The notes beneath the pieces were generated by a model that did not search any database, had not been told where the DNA came from, and was given only the letters and a program-made list of their open reading frames with translations. A DNA stretch of 64,000 nucleotides from Plasmodiophora brassicae (Eukaryota): assembly GCA_036867785.1 (NCBI GenBank), contig CP145419.1:682001-746000 (forward strand). The letters are read 5' to 3'. Position numbers and translations under genes: made by a program. Positions 47,595-64,000 of this stretch are shown piece by piece. Numbering within the stretch: the first letter of the stretch is position 1; each line of letters begins with the position of its first letter.

Positions 47595-47683
47595 AGCCGA
47601 TTCCATAACCTGGGCGCGCGCGCGCGTAGCTCAACAGGGTGGGTGTATGCTGAATATGATACAGACGTCGTCGTTAGCAGGGC

Positions 47684-49879
47684 CTAGGGGCCATGGCTGT
47701 GGCCATGCCCGGCGTCATGCGCGTGGTCATGGCCGTCGTGCGCGTGGCCATGGCCGTGCGAGCAATGGCCACGATCGGCGGCGAACCCGTTGGCGATCAG
47801 GCTGGGCACGTGCGCCGGGTTGTGCATGTGGTACCGCATGCGGGTCTCGGGCTCCAGGCCGTCCACGAGCGCCTGCGTCTCGACCTGCACGGTCACCTGG
47901 CTCATGCCATTGCTGCGCAGGACGTGGGCGATCTTCGACAGCATTGTCTGGGCGTTGCATTCCGCGTCGACGTGCACGTGGATCGACCCGACGAGCCAGG
48001 TGGTCGTGAACGACCAGGCATGGAAATCGCGGTACCCGATCACGCCGGGCAGCGACGTGATCTCGTGGAGGACGTTCGGCATTCGCCTCTCGACTGACGC
48101 AGGCGTTCGCTGAAGGAGGACGAGCGAGGTTTCCCTGAGGAGCTGCCAGACGCTCATCAGGATGAGGACGGCGATCAGGAGCGAGCAGATCGGGTCGGCG
48201 ATCAGCCATCCGAACAGGTGCACGAGCAGCGACGATACGATCACGCCGACGCTGCCGAGCGCGTCGGCGAGGACGTGGAGGTAGATGCCTTCCATGTTGC
48301 TGTTGTGGCCGCTCTCGCACCCGCCGCCATGGCTGTGGCCGTGATGGTGGTGCGCGTCATGGAAGAACACAATGCCGACAATGTTGACGAGCAGCCCGAC
48401 GACGGCGACGACGAGGATCTCGAACCCCTCGATCTCGGGCGGGTCGAACAGCCGCTCGACAGATTCGACGAACACGCTGAAGCTGATGAGGACCAGGAAG
48501 ATGCCGTTGACCAGACCGGATACGACCTCGAACCGCCCGTAGCCGTACGTGAACTCGTCGTTCGCATTCAACCGGGACACATACGACGCATATAGCCCAA
48601 TGCCCAGGGCCGTGCAATCGAACAGCATATGCACCGCATCGGAAATCAACCCGATGCTGTTGCTCCAGTAGCCGTATGCAATCTCCACCAGCGTGAACGC
48701 GAAGTTGATGCAGAGGAACACGAAGATTCGCCTGGAGTTCCTCGTCTCCATGATATGGCGGAACACGCCTCTCGCGACATTCGACCGGCCGTGCCGTGCA
48801 AGGAACGCGTCTGCGATGGAGGATCCGCCGAGCTGGTATGCAGCGGCTCCGGTCATGATGACGACGAGGATCGACGTCCAGGAGATGTGCCACGCGCTGC
48901 CCGTACACACGGAGACGACCAGCGATGCGACAATGGTCATCCCGAGCCCGGGCAGCGCCTGAGTCACCGGCGGGATCGTTCTGCCCGGCGCGTTATAGAT
49001 GTACCATGCGAGCGCGGCGACCGGGTAGACCAGCAGAGCGGGCAGCGACGATCCGACGCGCGGCGGCGACGCGTCCCCATCGGAGGCTGTCGTCGTTGCC
49101 GTTGCCCGGAACAGGACACTGAACGTTGCAATGGGTATTGCAGCGGCAGCTGCCAGGCAGACCGCCAGGCCGTATAGTCGCCGGGCATTGGGGAATCCGG
49201 TGCCGGACACACCGCTGCCGAGGTAACGCCGGAGGAACGACATGACGACCGACCCAGCGAAAAGTGCGAGACACGCCTCAATTGGGAAGAAACTGGCGTG
49301 CGGCCGCGCATCAGACTCCGGGGCAGGCGTCCGCCCAGACCCACCGTCGTTGTCGCCGGCGGCTTGTTGCACAGGGAGCGCCCCCAAGCTGGTCGGAGTC
49401 AGAACGATGACGGCGAACGCCAGCGCGATACACGCAACGCCAAGTCGGGCCTGCGACGAGGACGGTTTGCGGCCAGGCGCGCGTAACGGTGGCAGGAGCC
49501 CGTTCAACGACGATAATGCCGGGGCGTACAGGATAGCGTATTCGGTATATCGAAGCAGGACCGCGGACCGAAACGTGCCGAGGACACGTAGCGCGAACAG
49601 AACGGTGTACGTGAGCGCGAGGACGGCGAATGCGACGATGCCGATCGACGACATCTGTTTCGAGGTCATGCGTTTCTTGACGACAAGCTTCGAACCGTTG
49701 ACCGCGATCGCGAGGACGGCCACGCAACCGAGGACGGCGGATGCGGCCACGGGCACGCTCGTCCCGGACACGACGACGTGCGACATGACGCCTAACGCCA
49801 CCGTCAGCGACAGCCGGTCAACAGCGAGCGACGTCAGCGAATGCGCCTCCGACGTCGCATCACCGTCTCCGATAATCAT
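47684..49879 (-). CDS. Cation diffusion facilitator zinc transporter, ZnT5/MSC2/MTP12 type (long N-terminal TM extension)
   Basis: LISDAVHMLFD, FTYGYGRFE, His loop, YLHVLADALGS, DPICS, His-rich tail. Confidence 0.92.
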   Translation of the reverse strand: MIIGDGDATSEAHSLTSLAVDRLSLTVALGVMSHVVVSGTSVPVAASAVLGCVAVLAIAVNGSKLVVKKRMTSKQMSSIGIVAFAVLALTYTVLFALRVLGTFRSAVLLRYTEYAILYAPALSSLNGLLPPLRAPGRKPSSSQARLGVACIALAFAVIVLTPTSLGALPVQQAAGDNDGGSGRTPAPESDARPHASFFPIEACLALFAGSVVMSFLRRYLGSGVSGTGFPNARRLYGLAVCLAAAAAIPIATFSVLFRATATTTASDGDASPPRVGSSLPALLVYPVAALAWYIYNAPGRTIPPVTQALPGLGMTIVASLVVSVCTGSAWHISWTSILVVIMTGAAAYQLGGSSIADAFLARHGRSNVARGVFRHIMETRNSRRIFVFLCINFAFTLVEIAYGYWSNSIGLISDAVHMLFDCTALGIGLYASYVSRLNANDEFTYGYGRFEVVSGLVNGIFLVLISFSVFVESVERLFDPPEIEGFEILVVAVVGLLVNIVGIVFFHDAHHHHGHSHGGGCESGHNSNMEGIYLHVLADALGSVGVIVSSLLVHLFGWLIADPICSLLIAVLILMSVWQLLRETSLVLLQRTPASVERRMPNVLHEITSLPGVIGYRDFHAWSFTTTWLVGSIHVHVDAECNAQTMLSKIAHVLRSNGMSQVTVQVETQALVDGLEPETRMRYHMHNPAHVPSLIANGFAADRGHCSHGHGHAHDGHDHAHDAGHGHSHGP

Positions 49880-50117
49880 CGCTCAGGGCAGAGGTAGGCA
49901 GAGGTAGTCATACGACGCCCTGCGGTGGCTCCTCCGACACGACAATGATGACACAGTGGCGACGCGGCGACGGAAAAAACAGGGTTCGCAGCGTCTCGTG
50001 TCGCTCCTTTTTTGGTGGACAACCATAACAACCTGCAGCCCGCACTCGCAGAGGCCTCAGTCGAGCGCAGGACCTGATCGGTGGCGGTCGCATCTGGAAA
50101 GAAGAACGAAAACGGTA

Positions 50118-53100
50118 TTATCCGGGCGTCCGATCGGAGCCGAGGAATATTCGAGCAAGGGCTGATATGATGACGCGTAACATCGCCATCGCCAGGCGGC
50201 GACTGTCTACAGGCGATAGACAGGTCGCGCACCGTCCAGACAGGCGCAGCACCAACATTGTGGTACGGCAGGTGGGAAGGAATATCAGTTTACTGGCAGA
50301 CGAGCCATCTGGGACGGCACTATGCCGATACGCTCATATCAAGCCGGTTCGAGAACGCGGCAGGAAGCCTGGACCGAAGGATGCGCATGCGAGCAATCGA
50401 CCTGGGCGCTATGTGCGGCAGCAGCGATGGGATGGCGTGTGCGGTGAAATCCATGACCGCATCGACATGGATCTTGTCCTGCGGCGAGTAATCGGAAGGT
50501 CGACGCGCACAGCCCGCAAGCTGATGAAGGAGCATCATGCAAGCCGTCCCGTAGGCTGCGCTGTCCTGCTCGTTGACGGGGCCGGATGGGACCAGGAAAG
50601 GCGAAAACGACCGGCAGAGGTAGTGGAAGGGCAGAGGAGATATCGGAGCCGTTATGGATGACGATAGCCGGGTAACGAAAGATTGCAGAGTCGCAGGGGA
50701 ATGACTAATGATATGATGCGTTGCGGAAAGCAGACGCGCGTACCGATTATCAAGAAGCGATACAGATAACGATTTCCAGTCCGAGTCGAGCAACTGGGTC
50801 CAGAAGGGCGATGCCTCGTCAAGTTCCTCGCCACTTAGCTCGTCAACGCATTGCTGGTACAGGTCGACCAGGGCTTTGACTGATTCAACCATGTACCTGC
50901 TGGGTAGGTTGTCCAGTAATAGAGCAAGAGCTGAGAAGCGTGTCAGAGTTTCGCACCGGCATTGGTACAACCATCACTAACCGTGCATGATCTTGCTCGA
51001 TGACGGCTTGGAGGAAACATCAGTGTCCAGCGCTGCAGCGAGCATCGAGCGACATATCGTGGGAAGAGACACCGGAATCGTCAATAGCTCAAGTTGCGTT
51101 GTAGAAAGAACTTGCGCTAGGGAACACTGGAACTCATGGAAGAACTGTGGCGATGTTTCGCTAACGACCCCGGCGGACGATACAATCGTGATCTGGTCGG
51201 AAAGGCGAAGCAACAACCCCAGAAAGAAAGACGGCTGGCTGAAGGCAAACTCCTCGTCGTCGTCATCGCAGGAAACGTATCGCACGAACTCGTTCGAGAA
51301 CTCCGAGGAGGTTTCTGTAGTGCAAAGCCGAAGTAAAGCCTTGCAGACGGCCAGGTCAAGTGCCAGCGAACCGTCGTAATACCTGTGCAACGACGTTAGA
51401 TCAGGGGCAGTAGAACCCAGCATGAATCGCCGAACTTCAATGAATCCAAGACGTAGCTGATCGGGCTGTGGTGGTACAATGCATACAACTTGCGGAAACG
51501 CATAACGACCTCCTGAAGCAGATCCTTGTGCTCGGTCTCGACGAGTCGCCCAATGAGTACGTCAAGGACAGGGACGATCTTGACGCACAGGTTCCCGTAA
51601 TACACAGGCAGCACAGGATCCATGTCAATCATACCTCCAGACACTGCTGAATCGTAAGATGAAATCTGCTGCACGATTAGAACATGCGGTCGCGAAACGC
51701 GATGCCTTGTAAACCTCAGCAAACGTCGTTTGATATTCCGTATGCTTTTGAAGGTAATCGGGATCCTCCCAGTGGCATACAACGGGGGCATCGGGTCCAG
51801 CAAGTAGCTCTATCCTTTCAGCGAAAGCATCATTGGTGATGAGCAGCTCGCGAATAATTGTGAACGATTCCGGGCAGTCCGTGCGATCGCAAAGAGCGAG
51901 AATGACCTAGGGCAAGGAGCACAATCAGAATCCGGAAATATCACATGCCGAAGCGGCTCACGAGATCGATCGGAACAAGACGAGAATCCCAGGCGAACTG
52001 CACAAGTAAAGCGCTGACGACCTGAACCGGTACCATATTTGTTGCCGATGCAATACGGCCAGATTGCAAGGCGTTGATTAAGAAGTGGACCAGACAGACC
52101 GCTGCATCGGGGACCTCCGAAGGGAGCATGTGATGAATTGCCGTCTGGAAATTGTACTCGTACTCGAGGAAGTGCCTGCAACGTTCCATCAGAGCACTGG
52201 CTGCATGCAACAAGCGCCCCCCTTACGATTGGTGCTGAAGCCAAATCATGGCCACTATGCACAGGAACTGAGAGCGCATGGTTGGATTCTGTGCCATGGT
52301 AGCGGCAACTTCATCCAGCTTGGGTCGGAAGTCGAGAAGCGAAGCGAATTCGGGTCGGCGAGCAGCGGATTGTGCATCCGCCCAGGATATCGTCGCTAGG
52401 CATTCTTCGGGTGGACGATTCGCCAAATGAATGCGCATCGTTTCTGGCATCCACTGGAGAGCCTGCTGAGAGAAAGGATGAGGATATACATTCCGACAAC
52501 GCTCGAGCGTCTGGGATGTCTCTGCAGAGGAAAGGCGGCTACGTGGTGACTTGGACGCTCGTGCAATACCGATGATAATTGCTCGCTCGACGACAAGCGG
52601 TAGCTTAACCGGATGATCCTCTGGCGCAAGAGGTGTTGATATGGCAATTTTGAGAAGAATCGCAACCGCTGAATCAACCAGCTGGGGGTGAGGTAACCCC
52701 TCAGAAAGAGCCTTGCCGATCGTCTGGAACAGCATCTTTAACGCTGACTGGTGCTTGACTAGACGGTATAGTCGGTAATTCGCCAGCTCAAGAAGCCTGG
52801 TACAATCGAAACTTAGCTTGTTGTCACCGAGAACGCAACAGAGCGTCCTACGTGTGGGCCTGGAATGCAGGAAGAGTTCGCAAAGCGCCCACGCGAGAAT
52901 ATAGCTTCCCAAGGTGGTTGTGTAGTGCAAACGGCGCAATATAGAGCAGACGAACATAGGTTTCGAGTAACCCAGGAGGCATAATTTTCGACGCGCCTAT
53001 TTGCATGGTTGGCGGGTCAAGGAGTCGATCCTGGCAGCATTCAATGAATCCAACACAGCCCGGCAGTGTACATCGCAATTACCATGAAGCCTGACGCAAT

Positions 53101-55065
53101 CCGATTTCGACACTGGATGCTGAGGTTATAAAGAAGCGCCGTTTGAAGTGGCTTAGTACGTCCGGAAAACACAAGCTGCCCCGGCAAGGTCTGCCAGCTC
53201 AGCCTTGCATCTTTGGAGTCATCATTGAGGAACCTCACAACGCGGTCTGCAACAACTTGTGACGATATATGACTCAACACAGCCAATTTCAGGATAGAAG
53301 CTTCATCAAGCTCGAAGAAATCAAGCCCGTCGGCCGTCCGTTTCCACCATGCTCCATAGTGTTCGTGAAGCATGTCAACTATACGCACTCTCATCAGGTA
53401 GGTAGCACAATTGGATTCCGAAACAAGTAACCACTGTTTGATGGGGCCGACGACATAACGAAGTCCTTGCTGAGAGCACGAAGTCTCCAAAACAGGCAAG
53501 CGATTGCTGAATCGAGAAGCTCGGATTGCCCGTCGGTTGTCCGGCCTGATGACGGGTCATGGAACCCAGTTAGACAGTCAGCAAGATGGGCACCGCGCTT
53601 TTCGCGGTTGTTGAAATCAATGCTCAACGTTTGCTTGACGACTTCGAGAGGCATCATTTGCGTCACTAACCAGACGATGCAATTGTCGCGGAGAGGAGCG
53701 CCGCCAAAGTATGACTTGCCAGAATGCACGAGCATCATGACGAATTCCTCAAACTCGACAAGCCCATGAAGCCTAAGTGAGCGGGATAAGAAAGGCATGC
53801 ATTAGAAGCAGAAGTGGAAGCAGGGAAAACGTACAGAAATGCATTGAGTTGATCAGAAAGGATCAGCCACTCTCCCCAGTCACCTTTCCAGCTGGTCATA
53901 ATGCTCTTTGAATTGTTCGTATTTCCAACAGGAACGCTGGTTAGCAATGAGCCAGATGACGACGGACGAGGCATAGCAATCCCAGCAGACGACGGCGTAG
54001 GAGGCGGGTGTTCGGTTGGTCCTGGTGTAGTCGATGATGTCGTAGCGGATGCACTAGCCGCTGCTGCTCGAGATCGAGAAGATGCAATTAGCGTCAGGAT
54101 CCGAAGCACTACAGCACCGCATAGTGACCGTCGTTTGGTAACCGCTTCATGGTTCACATCAGGACGGAACATGTACAGCGGCGCTCGCTCGGTAATCAGA
54201 TTATAATGCGTCCAAATGGCGGTATCCCTCGACTTCGATACCGTTTTAAGTTGTAGCGGCAGGTCGTCAGTGAGAACCGTGCTGGCAGTCAGCTGATGAG
54301 TGCCAGCGCGCGATGTCAACATGGCAACGTTGCGAACGTGTCTTTGGTTCCCAGAAACGAAGTCCCGTAGTGATGGAGGGATCGCCGTTCTTGAAAGAGC
54401 CTGAAGAGGGACGGCTGTCGGAGCACTGCCTGACGCGGCCTTACTGGAGCCCGTCGAAGGCGCAGAAGTAACGATGGACTCTGGCAGAGGAAGAATCGAA
54501 AGCAGATCGACAGCGCAACGTGGTGGCTCCTCTTTGCTGGGTGAATGAAACAATGTCTCGATAATGGACGTGGAAAGTTCCAGCCGAGAATCGCGCGTGA
54601 CCGACGCGCCATAGGATTGCAGCAGGGACAAGGCCATAGCGCACAGAACAGTCCACAGGTTCGAAAACATGGGGCGCCGCATGACAATGTACCTTTGGTT
54701 GGAGAATAAGAAGGCGAATCGTAACACGGATACATTTGCGGTGCCGACCTGCTGATGTAGGAGATCATCTTGCTGGGTGCCACGTAGCCATGTCGGACGA
54801 CCTCAATCAGCGTCCGCGCGACACAACGCAACCGCTCGCCATGGCTGGAACTGCACGGGGCCATCACATGGAACAGCGCGTTCGCCAGCAGCTGGTCCGC
54901 CTGGTCGGCGACGTTCAGCGCCCGCGCCTGCTCGCGCATCGCGCGGTACGACGTGGGCACCACCAGCGGCGCCGTATCCTCCCACACAGCGCACGTCGCA
55001 AGCAGTCGTATGTTCTGCTCCAGCAGCGCCCATTGCTCGACTGGCTTGCGTCGTTTCTCCCCCAT
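50118..55065 (-). CDS. MED23: Mediator subunit 23 (many exons; 3' end approximate)
   Basis: RDNCIVWL, LELANYRL, LPVYYGNLCVKIVPVLDVLIGRLVE, YHHSPISYV match MED23 landmarks. Confidence 0.75.
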
Positions 55066-55228
55066 CGCGTTACGGCACGCGTGTTACGACGACCCGGAGA
55101 ATGCAGTCCCGGGAAATCCACATCCGCAAACAACAAACAAAAAATCGCTTCGAAACGTGGTCGCCATTTTGTACAAATATCGTCGTGCTCGCCATTTTCG
55201 GACATCGCGAGCGAGCCCGTCGACCGCC

Positions 55229-56748
55229 ATGGAATATGCACAGAGCCAGGCGACGGCCAACCCGGGCCAGGCCGCGTTGTTCACCGACCTCGGCAACCTG
55301 TTCAAGAATAAGTACGGGGAGGGGGTGTGGCTCGTGGCGCGCGGTCTGGGGTTGCTGAGCGCGCGTCGTGAAGGTTATGGCACCAGCTGTCGCAGCGGCT
55401 GATGGGGACGCTGTCCGACCCGTGGTTCGACCAAGGCGGGCGACGCTTGGCCCTGTACGAGCAGTTCGTCAGCCAGTGCTCGACGAATATTGACCCGCTC
55501 GAGCTTGTGCAAATTGCGATCAAGGCGTCGCAACAGGCAAAAGGTCCGGTTGGCTGCGATGAACAGGTTGATTCCACTAACATTTCCTGGCCAGACGTGC
55601 CTGCCAAGATTGCATTCATTCGCAACGTACTGGAAATCGTGAAGACAGACCCTGAATCGCAGCTCCTTGCAAATTTGGAACTGTACGAAGGTTTTATCGA
55701 GAAGGCGTATCTGTTGCTGAGCGACCTTCACAATAGGGCCTGGCTTCATTTGTGCAAAGGCGACCTTCAGGCGAGCAAGCGGGAATTGGACGCTGTCCGA
55801 ACCACCATTGAATCGTCGCGCGAGGAATTGCCAACCTTGATCCCCAGCCGTCTCTATGAAGTGAAAATGGAGTACCACAAGGTGGCCGGTACTGCGTCCG
55901 AGTTCTTCCGCAGTGCCTTGCTGTACCTTTCGTACACGCCGTTGCAATCGATTCCTGCGAAAACCCAGGTTTGTTATGGGTCGTCCTTGCAGTCGTTGCT
56001 GTAATAACGCTAGATTGTTAGACTGAGCTAAGCGCGAGCCTGGGTCTTTCGGCGCTGGCGGCAGAGGATCAGTACAATTTTGGTGAACTGCTGCAGCACC
56101 CGATCCTAAAGTCCCTGCAATCGGATCCAACCAAGAAGTGGATCCACGACATGCTCCTTGCGTTTGATCATGTACGATTCGTTGTTGTCGGTTCTCGCCG
56201 GTCGTTGTGAACACTATCGTTTGCAGGGTGCAATTGATGAGTTCGAGAACCTATTCAAAACGCACAGCCCTTCGCAACAGGTCCTGTCAAAGAATGCGGC
56301 CTTTCTGAGACAGAAAATTCGAATCATGAACCTGATGGACATGGTGTTTACGAGAGCCAGCAACGACAGAAATATTCCCTTCGCAGAGATCGCGAAAGTC
56401 TGCAAGGTTACAGCAGACGAGGTCAAGTCGTGGGGGCTGCCCCGTTCTGCTCGATACGTCGTAGTACTGAGTGTCGGACTAGGTTGAGCTTCTCCTGATG
56501 AAAGCAATGTCGCTTGGCGTAATCAAGGGGGTCATCGATCAAGTTGACCAGGTGGTTCGCATCAAACACGTTCAGCCGCGTGTCCTCAACACGAATCAAG
56601 TAAGTCGACGTTGTGACGCAAGGTGCGTTTCCCTGATAATCGCGATTAGGTTGAGGGCCTTCGGACGCAGCTGGCCGGCTGGGCTGAAAAGGTTCAGGTC
56701 GCAGCAGAGTTTGTTGAGACCACTGCTCCGGACCTGATGACCTCCTGA
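55229..56748 (+). CDS. RPN9: 26S proteasome lid subunit Rpn9/PSMD13
   Basis: [64 protein letters not shown]. Confidence 0.95.
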
Positions 56749-57133
56749 TTGCGGAACAAGCGTGTCTGGCAATTCGGCATTGATACAAATCGATCATGCC
56801 TTCTGTTATCACAGTTCGAACTCCAGGCATTGCGATGTTTTGTAGACTGGTATTTATGCCTGCAGGTCAGACGAGCAGCACCCGGTCTGGCACCGCGAAG
56901 GCAACACTCCATTCAGTTCCAGAACAGAGCGCACGCGACTGTCGTGCCGTGAAGTCGCGCGTCACGCCCTCTGCAACTCGACAGTGGGAGCAACGTCGTC
57001 GAGTCGGACACGAGATAGCAACCTGAGTTATCGCCACGTTCTCATGTAAGAGGCGCTGTTGTCCCGTGCCCGTTGCATCACGTCTCGATTTGACTATTGA
57101 CAAAGGTTTGCGAATAGTTTGTATTGGACAGTC

Positions 57134-60413
<3,280 letters not shown>

Positions 60414-60604
60414 GACCGCGGCACAAAATCGATCCGGGTCCCGGTTCGACAACTGACGACAACACCCCCACGGACTCCGCCCAACGCCTCCTACCCGCCA
60501 CCGGTCACCGGCTGAGCGCAGAACGCGGCTCCCCACCAGATGTGTTATGTACCCGAGGTCAACTGTAATGGTCAGGCTATCTGTCGGTTACGATGGTACG
60601 ACAG

Positions 60605-60918
60605 TTACTGGGTGGCAAGGGATTTGCCTTTGGCGCTCGTCGGCCCCTGTTTGGGAACCTCGATGGACAGCACACCGTTCTCGTATCCGGCCACGACTTT
60701 GTCGGCGTTGACGTTCTTGGGCAGGCGAATGGAACGTGAAGTCTGACCGTATCCGAAAAGTGGACGAACTCGTTATCCTCAACGCGGTCCTTCTTGCGCT
60801 CGACGGAAACGGCGAGGACGCCGTTCTCAACGATCAGTTCGATGTCATCTTTGGGGGCTCCAGGAGTTTCGTCCACAACGCTGTACGTGCTATCGTTTTC
60901 TTTACCCTCTATGCTCAT
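60605..60918 (-). pseudogene. Frameshifted small heat-shock protein (Hsp20/alpha-crystallin)
   Basis: PGAPKDDIELIVENGVLAVSVERK...HFS, frameshift ~60752, then YGQTSRSIRLPKNVNADKVVAGYENGVLSIEVPK. Confidence 0.75.
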
Positions 60919-61197
60919 CGATGGGGCACGCGACGCAGCTCAATCGAGGGGACGACGACCCCAGGGTGCCAGAGGCGTGAATTTGCAACCCAACGTACAC
61001 TCCTCCAGGTCTGGCGTTCGGTGGACGAATCAGGATCGGATGTTGCCCATGCTCATGGATTACGGCGGCCATTGGCGGCTAGCTGCATGCTTGACCTGAG
61101 GGTGCATGCTCGACCAACGTGGCTGGAGCGATGCGCCGAATCGATAGGTGCGTCGCCTCACTGCGGGCCGGGCGCGGCGGTCTTCGTTCCACGGCTG

Positions 61198-62633
61198 ATG
61201 TGGTCGTCGACACTCACGGTGGTTGTTCGGAGATGGGCGGCCGGCTCGACTTTAACGACAGAGCCTGTGCGCGTCGGTCGGGAGTTGACGGTGCGTGAAA
61301 TGATGGCCCAGTGCCAGGATGGGGCTGCCGGCGATCCGCCGACGGTTTTCATGGACAGCGGCGGCATCCATGACCCATGGCCGTTATTCCCCGACATGAT
61401 TGAGATGTGCGATCTCGACCAGCCGCTGTCTGTACTGAAGCAGCTCGGGTTCGCACGGTTCACGTTGTGCCCAAGCGACGACGACAGCTGTCGCAACGAT
61501 CTGATTGTGAACGCACCCACGAAGCCGGCACCGAAGCGCATGCTTACATCCGTCAAGGAGAAGAACGCCAAGAATCGGAAATTGCAAGCGAAACGAGTTA
61601 CGGTGATGTACGATAAAAGAATCCTCATTGTTGATCCGACCCGCTCCGCCGACTTGCCGTCCTTCACAACAATAACCGACGCTCTAGAGGTAACTCGCGT
61701 ACCGATCGGATTGCAGATGACCGCGTTCAAGGTGTTTGCAGGCCGCTGAAGACGGCGACCAGATTGTCGTTTCCGAAGGCACGTACACAGAACGCATTGA
61801 GATCCGCAAGGCGATCATGCTGCGTGCTGTGGACAGCGCAAGAGCCGGGAACGTCGTATGATTTCGCGGTTTGTGTCTCGCATTTCGTATCTGACGTTGA
61901 CGTGCAGGTCTTGACCAGCAAGAACGTCACGTTGCCAGCTGTCAAGATTATGGTTTCCGGAGTCACTATTCGAGGCATAACGGCGATCAAGAAGTCATCG
62001 CCGCGTTCGAAACGGTACCCCGCTGTGATTGACGTAGACCGGTACGTTATGCTGTACGTTTGCCATGACCGTTGTGATTCACTGTTCCAGGTTTGCAGCC
62101 GACTTGACCGCATCGTTATCGCCGACTGTGTAATTGACGGGAGCTGGGAGCACAAACCGTGCACGTTAGCGTTTGAGCCCAAGTGCCTTTGTGGATCTCG
62201 ATGTCACGGGTTTGCACTCGGTTTGACGTGGGCAAGCTACCTGTTTATCTGATCCCGGACGCCCAGAATCTTCTTCGACGTCGGCAGCAATGGACGTGTG
62301 GAACGGTGCGTGATCAAGAACTCGTCCGATTGCGCCCTTGTCGTAAATCCCGACGGGTCGGTGGTCGTGGTCGACACTGAAATCAGGAAAACGCATGGTA
62401 TCGGCGTTTGGGTTCCAAGGTACATCATCGTATCCATTAGCCCGGTGAACGTGTCTCGACGCATTTACTTGACCCTGTATAGTCGGACCGTTCGTTCGCG
62501 CCCGCCGTGCCCAGTTGTCCATGGCATCCGTTGCGCAGTCGAGGACTGCAGAACGCCATTCATGGCCCAGGACGGACAAATCGTGTTCGACGACGACAGC
62601 GTCGCGCGTCTGACAACTGGCCGCGTCGGATAA
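61198..62633 (+). CDS. Hypothetical multi-exon protein with parallel beta-helix-like repeats
   Basis: VSGVTIRG, IVIADCVID, VERCVIKNSSDCALVV, VVDTEIRKTHGIG. Confidence 0.45.
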
Positions 62634-62792
62634 TGAGTAAACTGGCGCAAGGTCCAAGGTGTCTCAGGAACCGTGTTGGCTGCGCCGGCGCCGCCGCGCC
62701 TCCAAAAACAACAGCTGGGAACCGCGAGGCTGTGCTTCGCTGGACGGCGTCGTTGATTGCAGTCGCCCAGCAGACGAGGTTCGCGTCGGCGC

Positions 62793-64000
62793 ATGGGAAT
62801 GCTTGCCGTCGGGCGACGGCGACTGTTCCCATGGCCGTCCTGGTTCGTCACATCGGATCCTTGCGGGCTGTTCTGCGCCTTCCTGACCGTCTGCCTGATG
62901 GTGTTCGCCCATGTCGTCACTGTGTTCCTGGTCCTGCGCGGATCCCAGGGCCTGCTGTCCGTACATGCAATCCTGTTCACGCTCTGCACCGTTATGGGTT
63001 CGCGGCCGATGTTGCCGGGTGCGTGCGGTCGGCTAACGTTGTGGATGTTGTGCAGCGTTGACGTCGCATTGTCGAGCACAGTTTTCAGATCCCGGCTGTG
63101 TGCCGAAACGATGCGTTCCCGTCAATCCACCGGTTGCTCAAGCGGTTGATGGAAACCGAACGCTTCTTCCCAGTAGTATTCCAGTTGCCAAGAAGGTACG
63201 TTATAACGAGAGCGAGACGGATCACGCGTCCACTAAGGGCATTCGGTAGGCCCTGTTGCCTTCTGTTTGTCGTAAATGCAAGACGGTTAAACCTCGTGGG
63301 ACCCATCACTGTAGTGTCTGTGCGCGATGCATTTCCAAGATGGATCATCATTGGTAGCTTGCGCTGCTGTCGTGCATAAACGCCCTGGTCCAAATGCTTC
63401 CTGTCTCTGTAGTCCATGGATCAACAACTGTGTCGCCGCGTTCAACCAAAAGTACTTCCTGCTGTTCCTGTGCTGGACGGGCGTGATGTGCATATATTCT
63501 GGTTGCGTTATTGGCGTCGGCATCTACAGATGCGCTCAAAGCCTAAATCAGGTCCGTTCGTTTCTGGTTATCGCGTATATTGTGCTTACCACTCCCGTCT
63601 AGTGTTCCGATATATCGGCTGTCGTAGTAGTCTGCTCCATGCTCAACATGTTCGAAGCCGTCCTGTTTGGTATGGTTGTTCCCATGACGATATTTTACGC
63701 GTTCGGCTTACCTGCTTTAGGCTGTTTCGTTTCTGTTATGCTGTGGGACCAGTTGTCGGCCATCTTTGAGAACACGCCCTACATTGACAAACTTCAGGTA
63801 GGTCCTAACATGGGATTAGTGACATCGCGGAAGTCTGATTTATTCGGCAGGGGATCAAAGGTAACACCACCCATCTTGGCCGTATGGCGCTTCTTACGGA
63901 AGTATTCGGTGAGCGACTCTCGTGGCGGTGGTTCGTACCAGTTTCGCTGCCCAGAAGAGGTTCGCTCCATCGCATTCCGTCACGTATCACCTGTTCTCAT
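62793..64000 (+). CDS. DHHC palmitoyl acyltransferase (ZDHHC3/7-like), runs to the window end
   Basis: [59 protein letters not shown]. Confidence 0.93.

Overview
Eukaryotic, GC-rich, very compact nuclear DNA with short GT-AG introns (mostly about 50-75 nt) and small intergenic gaps. The style suggests a phytomyxid protist such as Plasmodiophora brassicae; this is inference and was not confirmed by a search. About 30 protein genes are present. Most are housekeeping: DNAJC25, NOP15/NIFK, SF3A2, MTG1-like GTPase, Bax inhibitor-1, UFSP2, PAK1IP1/MAK11, dynein LC8, CSTF1, SEC14-like, a divergent actin-like protein, an ADP1-type ABCG, MO25, an M14 carboxypeptidase, ATP synthase gamma, a ZnT/CDF transporter, MED23, RPN9, MCM2 and a DHHC acyltransferase. 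There are two accessory islands. (1) About 6.7-12.8 kb: two paralogous small secreted effector-like genes flank an LTR retroelement (TSD GCAGA) that keeps only gag and protease and carries a ~530 bp fold-back inversion; orphan genes and a pseudogene follow. (2) About 26.3-31.3 kb: three identical tRNA-Ala(CGC) genes with an unusual U53:A61 T-stem pair, plus a second, unrelated gag-protease-only LTR element (TSD GACCT) that also carries fold-back inversions next to and inside its 3' LTR. Top leads are the hairpin-forming LTR derivatives (possible RNAi trigger loci), probable tRNA-independent self-priming, the effector pair with TOS-like linear motifs, and the non-canonical tRNA B-box. Gene ends of multi-exon models were read by eye and are approximate.
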